Assembly: GCA_964035545.1 (NCBI GenBank) | Contig: OZ037767.1 | Coordinates: 28,660,628 to 28,724,627, forward strand | Direction of reading: 5' to 3' | Source: Bugula neritina | Lineage: Eukaryota; Animalia; Bryozoa | DNA length: 64,000 nucleotides | Part shown: positions 50,463-64,000 of the stretch, piece after piece | How positions within the stretch are numbered: the first letter of the stretch is position 1 | Layout of the letters: every line of letters begins with the position of its first letter | Position numbers and translations under genes: made by a program | Notes under the pieces: generated by a model | Database searches by the model: none | Seen by the model: the letters and a program-made list of their open reading frames with translations, nothing else | Told to the model about the DNA's origin: nothing

Positions 50463-51167
50463 ATGCTGCTGAATTTTAACCGTTTTCTCTTTTTCTATTT
50501 GTTCATTATGACCCTTTTTTCACTGCAAGTAACTGCTCATTACTATGGCAAGCGTTTTCAAGGTAAGATCATATTCACTTATAAAGCTACTTCATGAAAT
50601 TTGTATAAATTAAGCAAGGAATAAGTTTGGCTTTTTCAATAGAAAAATAGTCAAAGCAGCAATTATTTGCCACTGTAAATGATAATTATGAAATGTAGCA
50701 AGTAAAAGCGGCTAAACCCAAGTTTTTACGACTGTAAGTTAGCTTATAGATAGTTTTTGCAATACAAAATTTAAAATTTCATATTTCAAACATGAAAAGC
50801 ATTAGTGTTAATTAGTCATCTAATTTTGGTAATGCGCTCTTTTAGTTTTAAAAGACTAGGCACACCTCACAGTGTACATATTGGAGTAATTTAAATTTAA
50901 CTGTTGTTGGGTTGCTGTAACTTTTCCTTCATTGTTTTAAATGTAGCCGATGATTTAAGACCGAGTCAACTGAATAGTAAAACTGTGGCTCCGATAGAAA
51001 GACCAACTTACTACAATACACAGACTAATGAAAAACTTGAAGCACAGAAAGCCAATAAACTTCGGACTCTGTTGGAATATATATCTGGAAAGCTGCCAAG
51101 AAAAAGTGACAAAAGAGTTATACAACCCGAATACCCATACATCAGCAGGTATGCAGGCAAACTATAG
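50463..51167 (+). CDS. Putative secreted neuropeptide precursor (signal peptide + HYY-GKR), about 100-106 aa
   Basis: Exon 50463-50562 (MLLNFNRFLFFYLFIMTLFSLQVTA-HYY-GKR-FQ, donor AAG|GTAAGA) joins in phase to the exon from 50947 (tgtag|CC; ADDLRPSQ...LRTLLEYISGKLPRKSD-KR-VIQPEYPYISR). It ends at TAG 51167 or splices at AG|GTATGC (51148). Confidence 0.72.
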
Positions 51168-54100
51168 ATTTTACTCTATATTTTCACAGCAGTTAAGATT
51201 GTATTTGTAGTTTTTTATTTGAGTTAATAAAAACTTTTTGACAACCTATTTACAGTCCTTGCAGATACATATATTTTCAAAGTACATACAGATGAAGGCA
51301 TAAACTAGAATGGTAGAAATAGGTCATTGTAGCTTTAATGATAACATTCATTTCTTTGAGAAGTGAAAACCTTGCAATAGAAATGTGCATGTAAAGTGCA
51401 ATAAGAGCTTAGAACTCATTGTTTCATTTGTGTACTTTTCACGCCTCTGAATTTCCATGTCTGTAAATAAACTCATGTGTCCAAGTGTAAGCGCTTCATT
51501 GATCTGCATTTATATAGTATATGTGGTAGGTTTGTACAATTTTTGCATAGCTCATTCTCATTGCATTGTTGCTTTTTTAATTGTTTACAACTGCTGTACT
51601 ATAAATAGCTGAGTGAGCAACCCAGTGTCTAATAAAGCTAATGAGTAGCAAAACATTTCTTTGTATACAGATGAGCAAAGTAGTAACGTAGTGTGTGTTG
51701 TAATCTGTTTCCTCTATCCTTTTTTAGATGAAAGCACCAAAACAATTAAATAATTACTAGAAGGTTTAGTGAACTGATTGAATCAATACACTTGAAGTGA
51801 CTTAAATAGATGACCTCTAAATACTGGGACCGGAACTTGTTATCAACGCTGCACCACTAACGAGTTTAGCTTGAAGCGCCACTCAATCTGGCTTACACAT
51901 GGAGTTCATAGTTTTACTACTGTTTTAATATGAGACACTATAGTAAATTGGTGAAAGTTTTTATGTATTGTTTACTTTCATTCTCTAAAAAAAGATGAGA
52001 GCTGTACCTTTATATATTATTTATACATAGACAAAATAAATAAATTATGCAGTACATTTTATATGGGGGCATTTCTATGGCTTATATTTTCCAAAACTGC
52101 ATGTTAAAGTGCATACATTTCAAATGCAATTACAGAGTAAGTTTAACTGGCAGTTCTCCAATATTCACTATCACACTCAGCATGTAAATTATTTCATAGC
52201 TGCCATTCTTTGTTCACACACCATACATCTTGATGCAAAATAAATACATACACCATCAATTGACATAGAAATACAGCTTACTATCTTCCAAATATATCAA
52301 ATTTATATCTAGTACTAATTTTCTTCACATTTAAATTTTGAAACTTTAATAAATTTAGTTTATTTCACAGAGCTTGAAGCTGTGTACTAGTACTGATCTG
52401 GTATTGGAAATACAAGTGGCTGTTTAATTATCAGAGCTTTAGCATTTTTGCACTTGCAGTACCTTTTCTCTCTGTTGCCATGTTTTCAGTATGCTTGTAT
52501 TATCATATATTGCGACATTGTTTATTCAACATTAAAAGAAGTTTCCTACATTTAGAAACCTTGCTGTATAGTATGAAAACACTAATTACTGGAAATGCTG
52601 ATAATTTGTGAATTGATACCAGGAAAATCATATTAATACAAACTGTCACAGAATCTAGACTGAAGATATCAATGCTATACTACCAAAACAAATACAGACT
52701 CAGTACTATTATGTATTACGAAGTTCTAATTAGGATAATGAGCATACTCCTACAAGTTGATTAAGTTAACTTCTAGTATGGCTGCTAGCTTTCCTTACGC
52801 TAATATTTCATGTTCTGTGCTCTTTTCAAAACATTCATAATCTAAAGTCTAGACTCTAGACTCTATTTAATTTGGTATTTAAAGACGGAGTAAATTTTGA
52901 AATTGCATGCAATTCAAAGTGACCAGATATCCCCCAATCTGAAACATAACAACTTCTTTTAAAGTCTAATAAGATCAGATAAAAACGCACAGAATATACA
53001 GTCATGCCAATTGGTGCGACAACCAGTGGATACAATGATGTCAACTAAATTATAAAATATAGTTCATCCCCAGATATTGAAAATTTCGGCAATTGTAGAA
53101 CTCATTAAGCCACAATATCTACTTAGACACTTGTAATACACAGTTGTCAGTATAAGGTACATAGTTCTCTGAACACTGTTATGCTATAAATTTCTAGTCA
53201 TTGCTAAGAAGAGATGCTTCAAGCTACAAAACCTTTAACTTTTGCATATATAATATATAACAAACAATGAGTTATGAATACATACACAATGTATGTAACG
53301 TCTACCCCAGTTTATTGATAACAGGTTGCACTGCTGGAGTTTTGCTGATGTTTATTTAACTAACTGGTAACCAACGTGAAACTACAATAATACGATTTAA
53401 TAATAAAGACATTATTGAAAGAAAAATGAAACATACAAAAATTACAAAATTGTTGCAAAACAATGTTTAACATACCTCTATTACCCTTCCTGGGGAGAGT
53501 TAGAATTAAGTATATAAAATTGTGATGGTGAAAGTTTAATCAAATAAAGAATGACTAGTTAGAACTGCAACAGTCAGTAGAGAAATGAAGGCATAAAAAA
53601 CTTTAGCTATTATAACTTCTGGCTACAAACTATAAAAAGCTGACAGCTATTCTGTTAGCAAAATCATTGCATTGTAATAGTGAAAACAAAGCTATTTGTG
53701 GTTCAAAAAAGCTGTGGCTGTGTGAGTAGTTAAGTTAATATAAGGGTGAATGGTGATGAATTGTCCTGTGCCGCTGTATGTAATAGTGTGTAATATAATA
53801 AAAAATGATCAAAACGCTACAATGTAGTTTTATTACAACAGTTTACTCTAAAATTATAGTAGATAGATTCTAAGTGAAATAACTAGTACAGCCTTATATA
53901 TATATTATAGCAATGTGCCACAAGATGCTGTAGAAAGCATTTGGACATACTGTAGGTTTATCAATGTAAGTGCATTTGGGTGATGATACAGGTATAACCT
54001 ATATTCCTACAGTTTTCATTTGTGGCTTATCTATTGACTGTAAACTGCAGCAAATCTATTATATTAAGATGTCAATGAATTTAAGTAAATGCTTTAAATA

Positions 54101-55085
54101 GATATCCGGACATCCTTTTCACGCTGACATTTAAAATAAGAGATAATTACAGGTAATGACTATGCTTAAGAGTTGCTGAGTTTCAACATACACGTTAGTT
54201 ACAGTTAAACTATAGCATAAAAAATTATTCCCATTTTTCAGTTTTGTACCTTATACTGGTTGAATGCGAAGTTGTATTTCAACATAAAATGGTGCTAAAA
54301 CTGGGCCACATTGTGTACCAGAATCTATTTATATAATTGGACACTTGGCAGATTATTTTGATTAGATCTGTAAAACTCATGGGACTGCATGAAGAATGAA
54401 GTAATACACGGTATTAGGCCTCGGAGATTGGCTAAGACGTGCCATAATCCAGCAGACATGACAAATATCCTCTCTCTATAACCTGTTTTATAAACAGTAT
54501 TAAAAAGATGGACAAAAGGATGTCTGCCACAAGTTGTTACAATCTTTGCTTTTAGCCGGTGATTAGGTGATTATTGAGATGCTTAATTACTATTATTAAA
54601 CTGTGCTGTAATGCAGTCTGGTTTGACCAAATAATTGACAACATAGACTACAAAACTGTCGAAATTGCACTTTAGAAAGGAAATTATTTTTTACACCATA
54701 TAAACTATCTTATGACATTGAAGAAAGTTTTTGAAGAATAATATATTATATCAACAACACAGAAATACATCAAATACCAGTTTATTGATGCACAAAACAG
54801 TGTCAGACCCATTAGGTTTGCTGAACAGAAACAACAGCAATCTAAACTGAAGGTTCTGGTCAAATCTATAGAAAAGTTGCAAATTAGACAGAGCCCTGCA
54901 GTTGAATTGATTGCCTAATAAATCCAAACGTTGATGACGATAACTTCACGTGACGAGCAATAGATTGGCTGCCTGGAGAGTCAGCAAGGCAGCTGTCTGC
55001 CTATCACAGCACTCCCACTCACTGAGCTCTAGTAACGGGAATCTAGTACACTGTAGCAGAAACGAGCGGGCAACCAATAACCTCT

Positions 55086-58000
55086 TCAGCTAGTTACGCC
55101 ACTGGTCATCAAGTGTGCTGAAATTGAATAATATACGAGTGTGTCAAGGTGTTCTTCTTTTGTGGAAGCAAGCAAATTACAATACATACTGGATGTTATC
55201 TTAGATGCACATATCCATGTTTTCAACACTTTAGTATGTTTGTCATCATTTCCTGTCATTATAAATTATCTCAAATGAACCGAATACGATAGAAATGGGC
55301 ATACTCTTTCAGAATATAATTACAAATTTACAACTACACAGAAGAAAATTTTCATTCGTTAGCTGATCACCTTGTAGAGGTATGTGTATAGGCTCGTTAT
55401 CGGCTATGGTCACATGATGCAATGCATTGTGGAACTTGTATCTTATATATAAACTCTTTTCCTCTCCGTAACACGGGTCGTAGAATCCAGGCATCTCAGC
55501 CTGCAACACAGCACGGCATTTTATAGCACTGAGCAAACATATCAAATTCAGATAACAGATACAAAGCCTTAAGCTGTTGAGAGAGGACAACTCTTAACAT
55601 TTGAAAGTGCACCAACACATTGTGTGTGTTGTGTTTGTGTTGTGTGTGTATGTGTTGCGTGTGTGTTGTGTGTGTGTGTGTTGTGTGTGTGTGTGTGCTT
55701 GTGTGTGTGTGTGATGTGTTGTGTGAGTGTGTGTGTGTGTGTGTTGTGTGTGTGTGTGTGCTTGTGTGTGTGTGTGATGTGTTGTGTGAGTGTGTGTGTG
55801 TTGTGTGAGTGTGTGTGTGTGTGTGAGTGTGTTGTGTGTGTGTGTGTGCTTGTGTGTGTGTGTGATGTGTTGTGTGAGTGTGTGTGTGTGTGTGTTGTGT
55901 GTGTGTGTGTGCTTGTGTGAGTGTGTGTGTGTTGTGTGAGTGTGTTGTGTGTGTGTGTGTGCTTGTGTGTGTGTGTGATGTGTTGTGTGAGTGTGTGTGT
56001 GTGTGTGTTGTGTGTGTGTGTGTGCTTGTGTGAGTGTGTGTGTGTTGTGTGAGTGTGTGTGTGTGTGTGAGTGTGTGTGTGTGCGCGTGTTGTGTGTGTG
56101 CGCGTGTTGTGTTCGTGTATGTGTCCACATCACTGATGTGATGATTTAACTATTTGTAACAAGATCAAGCTGCTCTCTACCACCCTGTATTATTACAATA
56201 TGCTATTGAATATGTTGACATATTGACAAATAGAATCAAATTAAAGCTCTTCCTTTTAAGAGGACATAACTTCTAACACACTGCAAACTACGAGGACACA
56301 ACTCCCTACTCAACTGATAAAACTGAACAAGTTTCAAACCTTTGATATAATGCCGGCTATCTTGAGAGATGAGTTCTTCACCTGGTGCTGTAAAGGAACT
56401 GTAACATTGATCACCACGTCCTCAGCAGCATCACTGAAAAGAAGAACCACACATAGTGAAGATGCTTTAAGATCTTAAGCTAAGTTTAAACATTTCACAT
56501 TATTTCTCTTGCCCTAGGCTATACTTTCAACTACTCCAACTGAACAACAATCAAGTGTTAATCAAATATATTTATTTACATATTCCTTTCCAAGTGACCT
56601 AAAGCTGAAGGGATTTTAATGAGTTGAAAAACAACAAGTGGGTGTTTATATTTTGAATATTGGTAAATATTTGGGGGAGATAACTTCAGCAAGTGAAAAA
56701 GTACCTGAAGCAAATTTGGTGCAGCCCAGCTCGTAAATTAACAGATATTACTGTACAAAACATGCAATGGCAGAAATTCATTGACAATACTGCTTTACTA
56801 ATAAGTCCCAATCAAAATATTTAAAAGCCCAAGAATTAGCCATTTCAATTAACTTGACAGAAGTCAATTAGCTGATAAACAAGCATGAACAGCATAGAAC
56901 CTCCCTAATTAAGGTGGTGGATTAGACTGCTAACAATTTTGATATTATAAATTTTATAAGAAAATCATCAAAACCTTGACAGCTCATGTATAAATAGCAT
57001 GTCTGCTTCCATTCCAAGCTATGTGAACATAAAGGATTACATTAATACCTCCTTAGAAAGAGAGCACATATTCAGTACACCATTTGATGAAGTCAGCCAA
57101 CCTTTAATATACTGCAATAATACCAGAGATTTCCAATACAAGACATATACTAGTACCTTTGCTGCATAGCCTGTAGTCTGCCATACAAAGCTTTCACAAT
57201 GACGAGACCCTGCACTCTCTGCTCTAACTCAATGCTCTGTTCAGCTGCAGACGTCATCAGATTCACTTCCAAGATGGCTGCCTCCCGTCTCGCATCTAGA
57301 CGCTTCTTTTGTTCTTCTTTTTTTTTCTGCAGTCTCCTATGATGTGGCAAAGAGGCACAAATGATGTTTGAACTATGAGGGGATAATTCTCATTTTGTCA
57401 AAAGATGCATGGCACAATAATTTCACAGACAGAATAGATGTATAAGAGCCTGAATAAATAGACCTTTGCTAATTACACAGAAATATATTGAAACAATAAA
57501 ATACACTTTATCTGTGAAACTTGAATTTTCAAAAGGAAAACCAATCAAACAAAACTACACGGGAAATACATTAAGCTAACCTTTTGAGTTTAAGCTTTAT
57601 ATCAAATGCTGCATTTTTATCTTAAACTTAATTAATTGACTTTGACACTAAAGGTAATTCAAATATATCTTTAAAAAATATTGTCAAGTACTGAACTGCG
57701 ATTTGACTATATAATTAATATGTAATCAATGTTTAACTTGATAAAATTAACAATTATTAATTTTGAAAAGTAGTAAAAAAAAACTAGAAACTCTGAAAAC
57801 ATAATGAAGCATGAGGCATATGCTGGTAATTATATTATACTGAAACTTATAACTATACACACATCTGCACACGCACACTATAGAATATAGTAAAGCGTAT
57901 ATTAAACTGTAAAGTTTAATAATTCCAAAAATAAAACTTATTAACCAGCTAATTCGAAACTGTCAACCAATTCTATGAATATTGACTGCATAATACAAAG

Positions 58001-61000
58001 TTAATTGCTTTATAAAATTTAAATAAAAACCATTGATTATTGACAAAATTAGCCAACTTAGTGCAGTGACTTTATATAATGGTTAAACAGCCTTAAAATA
58101 TATGCCCTGCAAACTGTGAGAGCTATTAAAACACAAAACAAATCTAACAACTGTGAAATTTATGAGACTAACATATAATCATAACAGCTATTTGATACAA
58201 TATTTCAACATATTAATAAGGCAATGAAATAGGAAATTAGCACAGTTTCAAACTAATTGCTACTATTACTAACTTGAGCATGATCATTCAATTTGCTATT
58301 AATTTAAACACTTACAGCTCTTGTTGCTGCTTTAAATAAGGGAATATCAGAAGAGAATGGACGGCAGCATAGACAGTTACAGGTATAATGGCGGCATAAC
58401 CAATGGCCGCTACATCAACAAAACTTGACATGAGTATAGGCAGCTCACACTTCTGTCTCCCCCTCTCTCCTCTGCGCATTAAACAAATCAATCATAATAA
58501 GTGACATTCTCCAAAAGACGCTAAAAAATGAATTAGCTAAGAAGCAAACAATTAAAACTAATTAAAAACGAAACAGTTTTCACAGGTGCAGCATTGACTT
58601 ATAACAACTTATGTCTTTTCTAAAAAAATCAATATAGAGAAGATATCTCACTGTTTGCTTATTTAGATGAAACCACTACAGAAAATGTACTTCTTTGTTT
58701 ATTCTACAAAATTATACAGCCAAAGTTTTAGGCAAATTTAAAGTAATAAGTACAGCCTATATGTGATCAAGGTGCAGCAGCAGCAGCAGCAGCGGCAGCA
58801 GCAAGTGATGCAATCTGGACTTTATATTTCACTAAACGACTTTTATTCGTATAAAATTTTTTGACTAACTCTATGCATGAATGAACTCTACATGAGCAGA
58901 GGATGTGGTCCCAGAAACTTCTGGAATCTCACCTTAAGATAAGATACACCCCTGTTTTACTGTTCACTTTGAGAGTGGAGTTGAACATCAGCTGTCTATC
59001 GGGGATCTTCTTGGTGAAGCCCAATATGAGCATGTATTTGGATAGAGACAACCTGTAACCAAGTATTGCATCGTAGTTCAAAAGCAACACAGCGTTCTAT
59101 CTACAGGAAATATGGAAAGGATTCGGTGAATATAGATTTAGCAAGAACCGCAGAGAAAGTCTCAAACAAAAACAAAATCAAAAAAAGTTTTTTCATATTG
59201 CGACATAAAACATCATAAAACACTGATGGATATTTCTAAATACGGATAAAAATGAGATCAGTGTGGGCAGGTATACTACTTACTCGCCGCCAAGCTTTAC
59301 TTTCACATTTTGATTGGGGAAATGCTTCACACACAATGCAGATACGGAGTTTGGTGAGGGACTTCCAGGGGCAGCCAACTCTACACCAGTTTGTACAGCA
59401 ACATTTATAGAGTATGTCTCAGATGTGTAATTCAGAGAGAACTTTACACTCTCAAATATTCCAGCTCGAGCTGACATTTCCACTTTCAGTTTTCTCGATA
59501 TTTGATAGCTCAATGCTAAATATTGAATATAAGAGCAAAATGAAGCCTATTTTCTAATAACATGAAACAACACGTATACTTCGACATCCACAATTTAAAA
59601 AAAGAAAGTCTTTCACATTACTAAACAGCCATGCATTATGTCAAAGGGCGATTTCAACAATTTATATGACAATTTCTGTTCAATAGGCAATGTTATAAAC
59701 TTCAGCAACAGTAAAGTTACCCAGGAGGCAGTGCAATTAATGTAATGAACTGCTGCATTCTATATATTAATGGAACAGACGTTTCTCCTGAAGCAAAATA
59801 AACTTGAATGAACTTCGATTTGGAAAGAAAGCCAAAATATGGATGTAGTGCCTGCGGATCAAGACGTATCAACCAATTTCAGGGATCAAATCGGAATTAA
59901 ACGTCACATGAATATTTCAGAGGTATAAATAGTTCAGATTAAAGTCTTGACAACTTAACTACACCAAAGACAACCCTCTGTCTACATTTAAAGATGATCT
60001 ACTTCGATACCTACTCTCCCTTTCTATATCTAAAGACATAATCATCTCTCTATATCTGAGAACAGACACAGCCTTTACTCCTTAAAGTCTGAAGAGAACC
60101 CCCCCACCCTCTACCTCTTGAAATAGTTTGAGTTCAGAGGTTTTATTAGAAATAACAGATGAGGGTAGGCATACTTACACCCTGCATAGCTGGGAAACAG
60201 CCTTCCATTGTAAACATTAGAGTCAATTCCAATGCTAAGTAAACTACAAATAAAATGTGTCCAAAGAGTTCATATAATATATATTATACATTTAGTTATA
60301 ATCAAATGCATTTACACATTAGATTTATCTATTAAACATCGCCAATAAGTGTGCTAAGGGATTACTGATGGCAACGATTCGCAGAAAAAAGCTTTTTATT
60401 ACGTTTGATGTTCCTAATACTAAACAATATTGTCGGGACAATTTAGTAACTAAAATATTTTAATAAATCAATATCTTATAACGAGTTTAAAAAGCTTTCA
60501 ACACATCAAGACTATAATGATATCCTGAAAATGGAAAAGTCTTAATAACATATAATGAGTAAAAAGTAAATATAGCTTGTATTTTTAACTGAAGATGTTG
60601 ACCGAAGCACTGATTGGTCCACTGAGCACATAAAAATCTGTTGCAGTAGTTCGCTTCTTAAAAAGCTGCGAAGATGACCAACCAAAGTGTAAGTATGATA
60701 GCATTAAAATTGTATATGTCTAACTTCATTACTAAATCATACTGATGGAAGATGTAACAGAGTTTGAGTAAAAATTGTGTCATAACTAACGGCTTTTAAA
60801 TGAAGATTATTCTACATTTGCTTCATGTAATTTCTTTTAGGATTGTAATATCGTAGATTCATACGATGGGTGTGAATCATTGAAGTGTGTTAATTTCCCT
60901 GAAGATATTTGTGCTGACACAGAAATCTTTATAATGATGGCCAGCGTCGCACTGCTGACATACGCTGCCAATATAATTCATATCACAATCTTGGCCAAAA

Positions 61001-63641
61001 CTCAAGGACTCCTCAGCACTTCACATGGAATTAGTGTATTATGGTTCGTCAAGAATAATTTTATTAAATAAATATGTAGATAAAATGATGCTTTTATTTA
61101 GTTGCAAGTAATGATTGATACTAGTCGGTTGGGCGCACACCTCCAATCACAACTTTCTAGCCTATTTTCTCTCCAGAAGATACTTGATACCGAATATCTT
61201 CAGGTTTGCATCTATAGTTGGCAAAAACTTCTTATAAGCAATTTTGACTTTGTATTTATCATAGTACTGTTCAGTGTAAAACACTCTAAAATGAATATTC
61301 CACATCTTCAAGTTTATACATCTATTAACAAAAGCCGTAAAACACTTTTGCAGTGTATCAGTGATTGATCTGTTAATTGGAACTGTGGTCCTCATCACAG
61401 CAAACTGTCCGGCACAGCACCAGCTCCTGATCCACCCAGAGCTCTGCTCGATGAGTGAAATCTGTGCAAATCTCCTGCTCATCACATCTCTAGGCTGGCT
61501 AATGATAATCAGTATTGAAAGGCTGAAAGCGGTGAGGAATATGGCAGTCGCACCCTTTACGGCTCAAAATAACTCAACCCGAAGGCAAGTTCAAGAATTG
61601 TGTGTATTTTAAGTATAAAATGCCGCCAAAAGTCATGTTAATATTGAAAATCACACACTATAAATTTTTTTTGAAGGATTAAAAATGGTGAAATACTAAT
61701 AAAGTTGCTTGGAATGACTGCCCTCACTTTGATAGCCATCGTAGTTTTTGTTACTGCATATAAAATAGATAAGCAAACTGGCCATCAGAACCTGCTCCCT
61801 TGTCACTCTGGGTGAGTACACCAGACTAATTTATACTTTCCAGTGACCCACACAAAACTTAACTTTTATAATGTACTATATTTGCTACATGTACCGCTCA
61901 GCCCAACGGGGTTTTTTATTTCAACAGCGGCATCTATATTCTTGTTAACATGATAATATATTGCACAAAAAGTTTTCAACAATTATTATGATTTCTTTGC
62001 TAAAAGAGTTTATTATTATTTTACTTTACATCTTTCTCCCATAATATTCTATCAAAGCTTCTCTTCTTTCACATCATGATTGTTTTTGTGCAGATTTACT
62101 ACATGCCTTGCACAGAAAACAAGAAACTCTGTCAATGAAAACGTTAGTTTGGTACTTTTCATAATTCCAATGGTGGTTATTGGTTTCATCTACATATCAA
62201 TTATTTATGTACTTCATAGACAACAATCATCAGGTTAGTACTCAGTCACTGCTAGTTTATTAGTAGTCACACTAATATTTGCTCATGCCAACTGGTTGAA
62301 CCATTGAAGTATTTCCTGATTATTAGTTTAATATTAGTTTCAACATGGTGGTTATGGTGACATAAAGGTTTTGAACAGCTAAAATAGAATCTAGATCTAC
62401 ATTTAGATCAATATTTATTTCATATATTACAGTGAGTCTTCAATCCCAAGCTGCTAAGAAACTGAAATCATCGACCAGATCGGTAGGCTTCCTGTCTCTG
62501 ACATTCATCATATCCTACCTGCCGATAATCATGTTGAAAATATTTGCCAAAGTGGAGAGTATCAAGAGCACAGATATAAGAGCTTACAGAGCCTCATATA
62601 TGGTGCTATACATGAATGGGTTCATTAATCCCATAGTATATGCATTGTCCAATAAAGAATACAGAGAGACTGCCAAAAGACTGTTGCGTTTATGTTCTGT
62701 GATCAAAGTAGCCACGGCACCACCTGAGCCCACCACAAGAGTTTAGCGGTGCAGATGGATTGTACTATGACTGCTGTGTTTATATACCAGCCAGTGATCT
62801 GCTCTACCACTAAGTCAGATACGAGTATTCAATGACACACAGCAGGAAAGAAGTCTCTTAATTTTAGACCAAGATTTAATTTTAAGTTTTCATCTTGAAT
62901 GATGACAATAATGGAAACTAACGAGAATAACTTGCAGTTATTCGCTGTTTTAATGATAGCATCCTTTAGCGATATACTAATAATTATTATTATTGCAACA
63001 ATAATTGTAGTCAATTGTACAGCTGCTGTCAGGTCTGACCTCACAGAGAGATCCATTTTATGTCATACCTGCTATTTTTAACACCCTTTACGTATAAAAA
63101 ACGGTTCCTTTGTTCAAAAGTATTTTCCAAAGCTGATGGGGTGAGCAATACATGACATATTATAATGTGAGAACAATCACATTTGTTTTTAGGATTGTCT
63201 GTAAACATAATTTCACAAGTCGTGCTGAACACACTAACTTTTGTCAGCAATAGAATGCTTGCTCAATCATTGCTGGTATTAGCAGCAGTGTTTTCGTAGA
63301 AACGTCCTTATGTGGATAGACCTCACTTATTGCTTATTATTCAAAAATCTTTGATGAAATTTCATTGATAATTTTCAATTACTATGTAACAAATTATCTA
63401 GAAAATAAATTGAAAAAATATTAACCACAACATAGCCTTTTACCTAATGACAAATTCATATCTTCACACACTCACCTATATTTTGACATACTCCTAGAGA
63501 AAGAGCAGGAGAGGTTATTATTGTGTCCAATCACAAGACCAGCATTGCCAACTACACCATACGGGAGTAGCCGACGCCATCCCAAGGATAAGCAACCAGT
63601 AGCCCGACGACTGCTTTCGTAATTGGCTGACAAACTGCTGT
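55086..63641 (-). CDS. DNAJC11: DnaJ homolog subfamily C member 11-like, 3' part (J domain lies beyond the right edge)
   Basis: Phase-consistent exons 63476-63641, 60179-60243, 59284-59515, 58933-59052, 58316-58471, 57157-57336, 56340-56433, 55371-55500, 55086-55117. C-terminal DUF3395-type motifs GLVIVKALYG, VINVTVPLQ, MPGFYDPCYGEEKSLYIRYKF..ALH.V. AATAAA on - at 54781-54786. Confidence 0.88.
55620..56125. repeat. Complex (GT)n microsatellite with higher-order units
   Basis: Directly visible; explains the HT/CV-rich ORFs. Confidence 0.97.
58774..58803. repeat. (GCA)n microsatellite, intronic
   Basis: Directly visible. Confidence 0.8.
60674..62746 (+). CDS. Orphan class A (rhodopsin-like) GPCR, 6 exons, about 345 aa, nested in a DNAJC11 intron
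   Basis: Exons 60674-60688 (MTNQS, glycosylation sequon), 60841-61043, 61354-61584 (GC donor), 61677-61811, 62094-62233, 62433-62746 (1038 nt, in phase). TM1 AAN, TM2 SVIDLLIG, TM3 C...ISIERL, TM5 FIIP..Y, TM6 FIISYLP, TM7 NGFINPIVY, helix 8 NKEYR. Confidence 0.88.
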
Positions 63642-64000
63642 CTATAGACACATAGTTCTACAATACACCATCTGCTAGTAACTAATTGCTAACAGTTACA
63701 TCTACAGATAGTTATGTATATAGATAGTTGTATCTAGAGAAGAAATAATTCAACTATCTACAGATAAATTATATATCTAGAGACTACTTGGAGTTGCCTT
63801 TCCGGTGATATAATAATAAAACGCCGTCAGTTTGGCAAAGTCTTTCACTAAGACTTTGCCTAATAGCAAAGTTACAAAAGAACACATCACACGGTGCACC
63901 AAAAACAATGAAGAATACTTGTGGAATTTATGCTAATAATACTACACTACTACTAACAACCAAGTCTAACCTCTGTGCCAATTGGGAACTTGAACCCCTG

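Noticed and set aside
55496-56133. His/Thr-rich and Cys/Val-rich ORFs
   Set aside because: Artefacts of the (GT)n repeat in a DNAJC11 intron.

Overview
AT-rich genomic DNA from an invertebrate animal with intron-rich genes. From left to right: (1) the 5' part of a Ski/SnoN gene on -, running off the left edge; (2) a complete atypical PKC gene (aPKC/PRKCI-like, 15 coding exons, about 569 aa) on -; (3) an intact, very young Ty3/Gypsy LTR retrotransposon (34219-41512) in what appears to be the aPKC 5'-UTR intron, with 993-bp LTRs that look identical by eye, an ACAT TSD, a tRNA-Leu PBS and a -1 frameshift gag/pol junction; (4) capping protein beta (CAPZB) on +, head-to-head with aPKC; (5) a small gene not recoverable from the ORF track, which looks like a neuropeptide precursor (signal peptide-HYY-GKR); (6) the 3' part of a DNAJC11 gene on -, with a complete 6-exon orphan class A GPCR nested antisense in one intron. 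There are also two MITEs, a possible solo LTR and many mini/microsatellites. The most notable observations are the HYY-amide precursor and the LTR U5 region, which holds duplicated RNA hairpins with a compensatory base change, a consensus antisense intron and a bidirectional poly(A) signal. All gene models were assembled by eye from splice signals and reading phase; no database searches were run.
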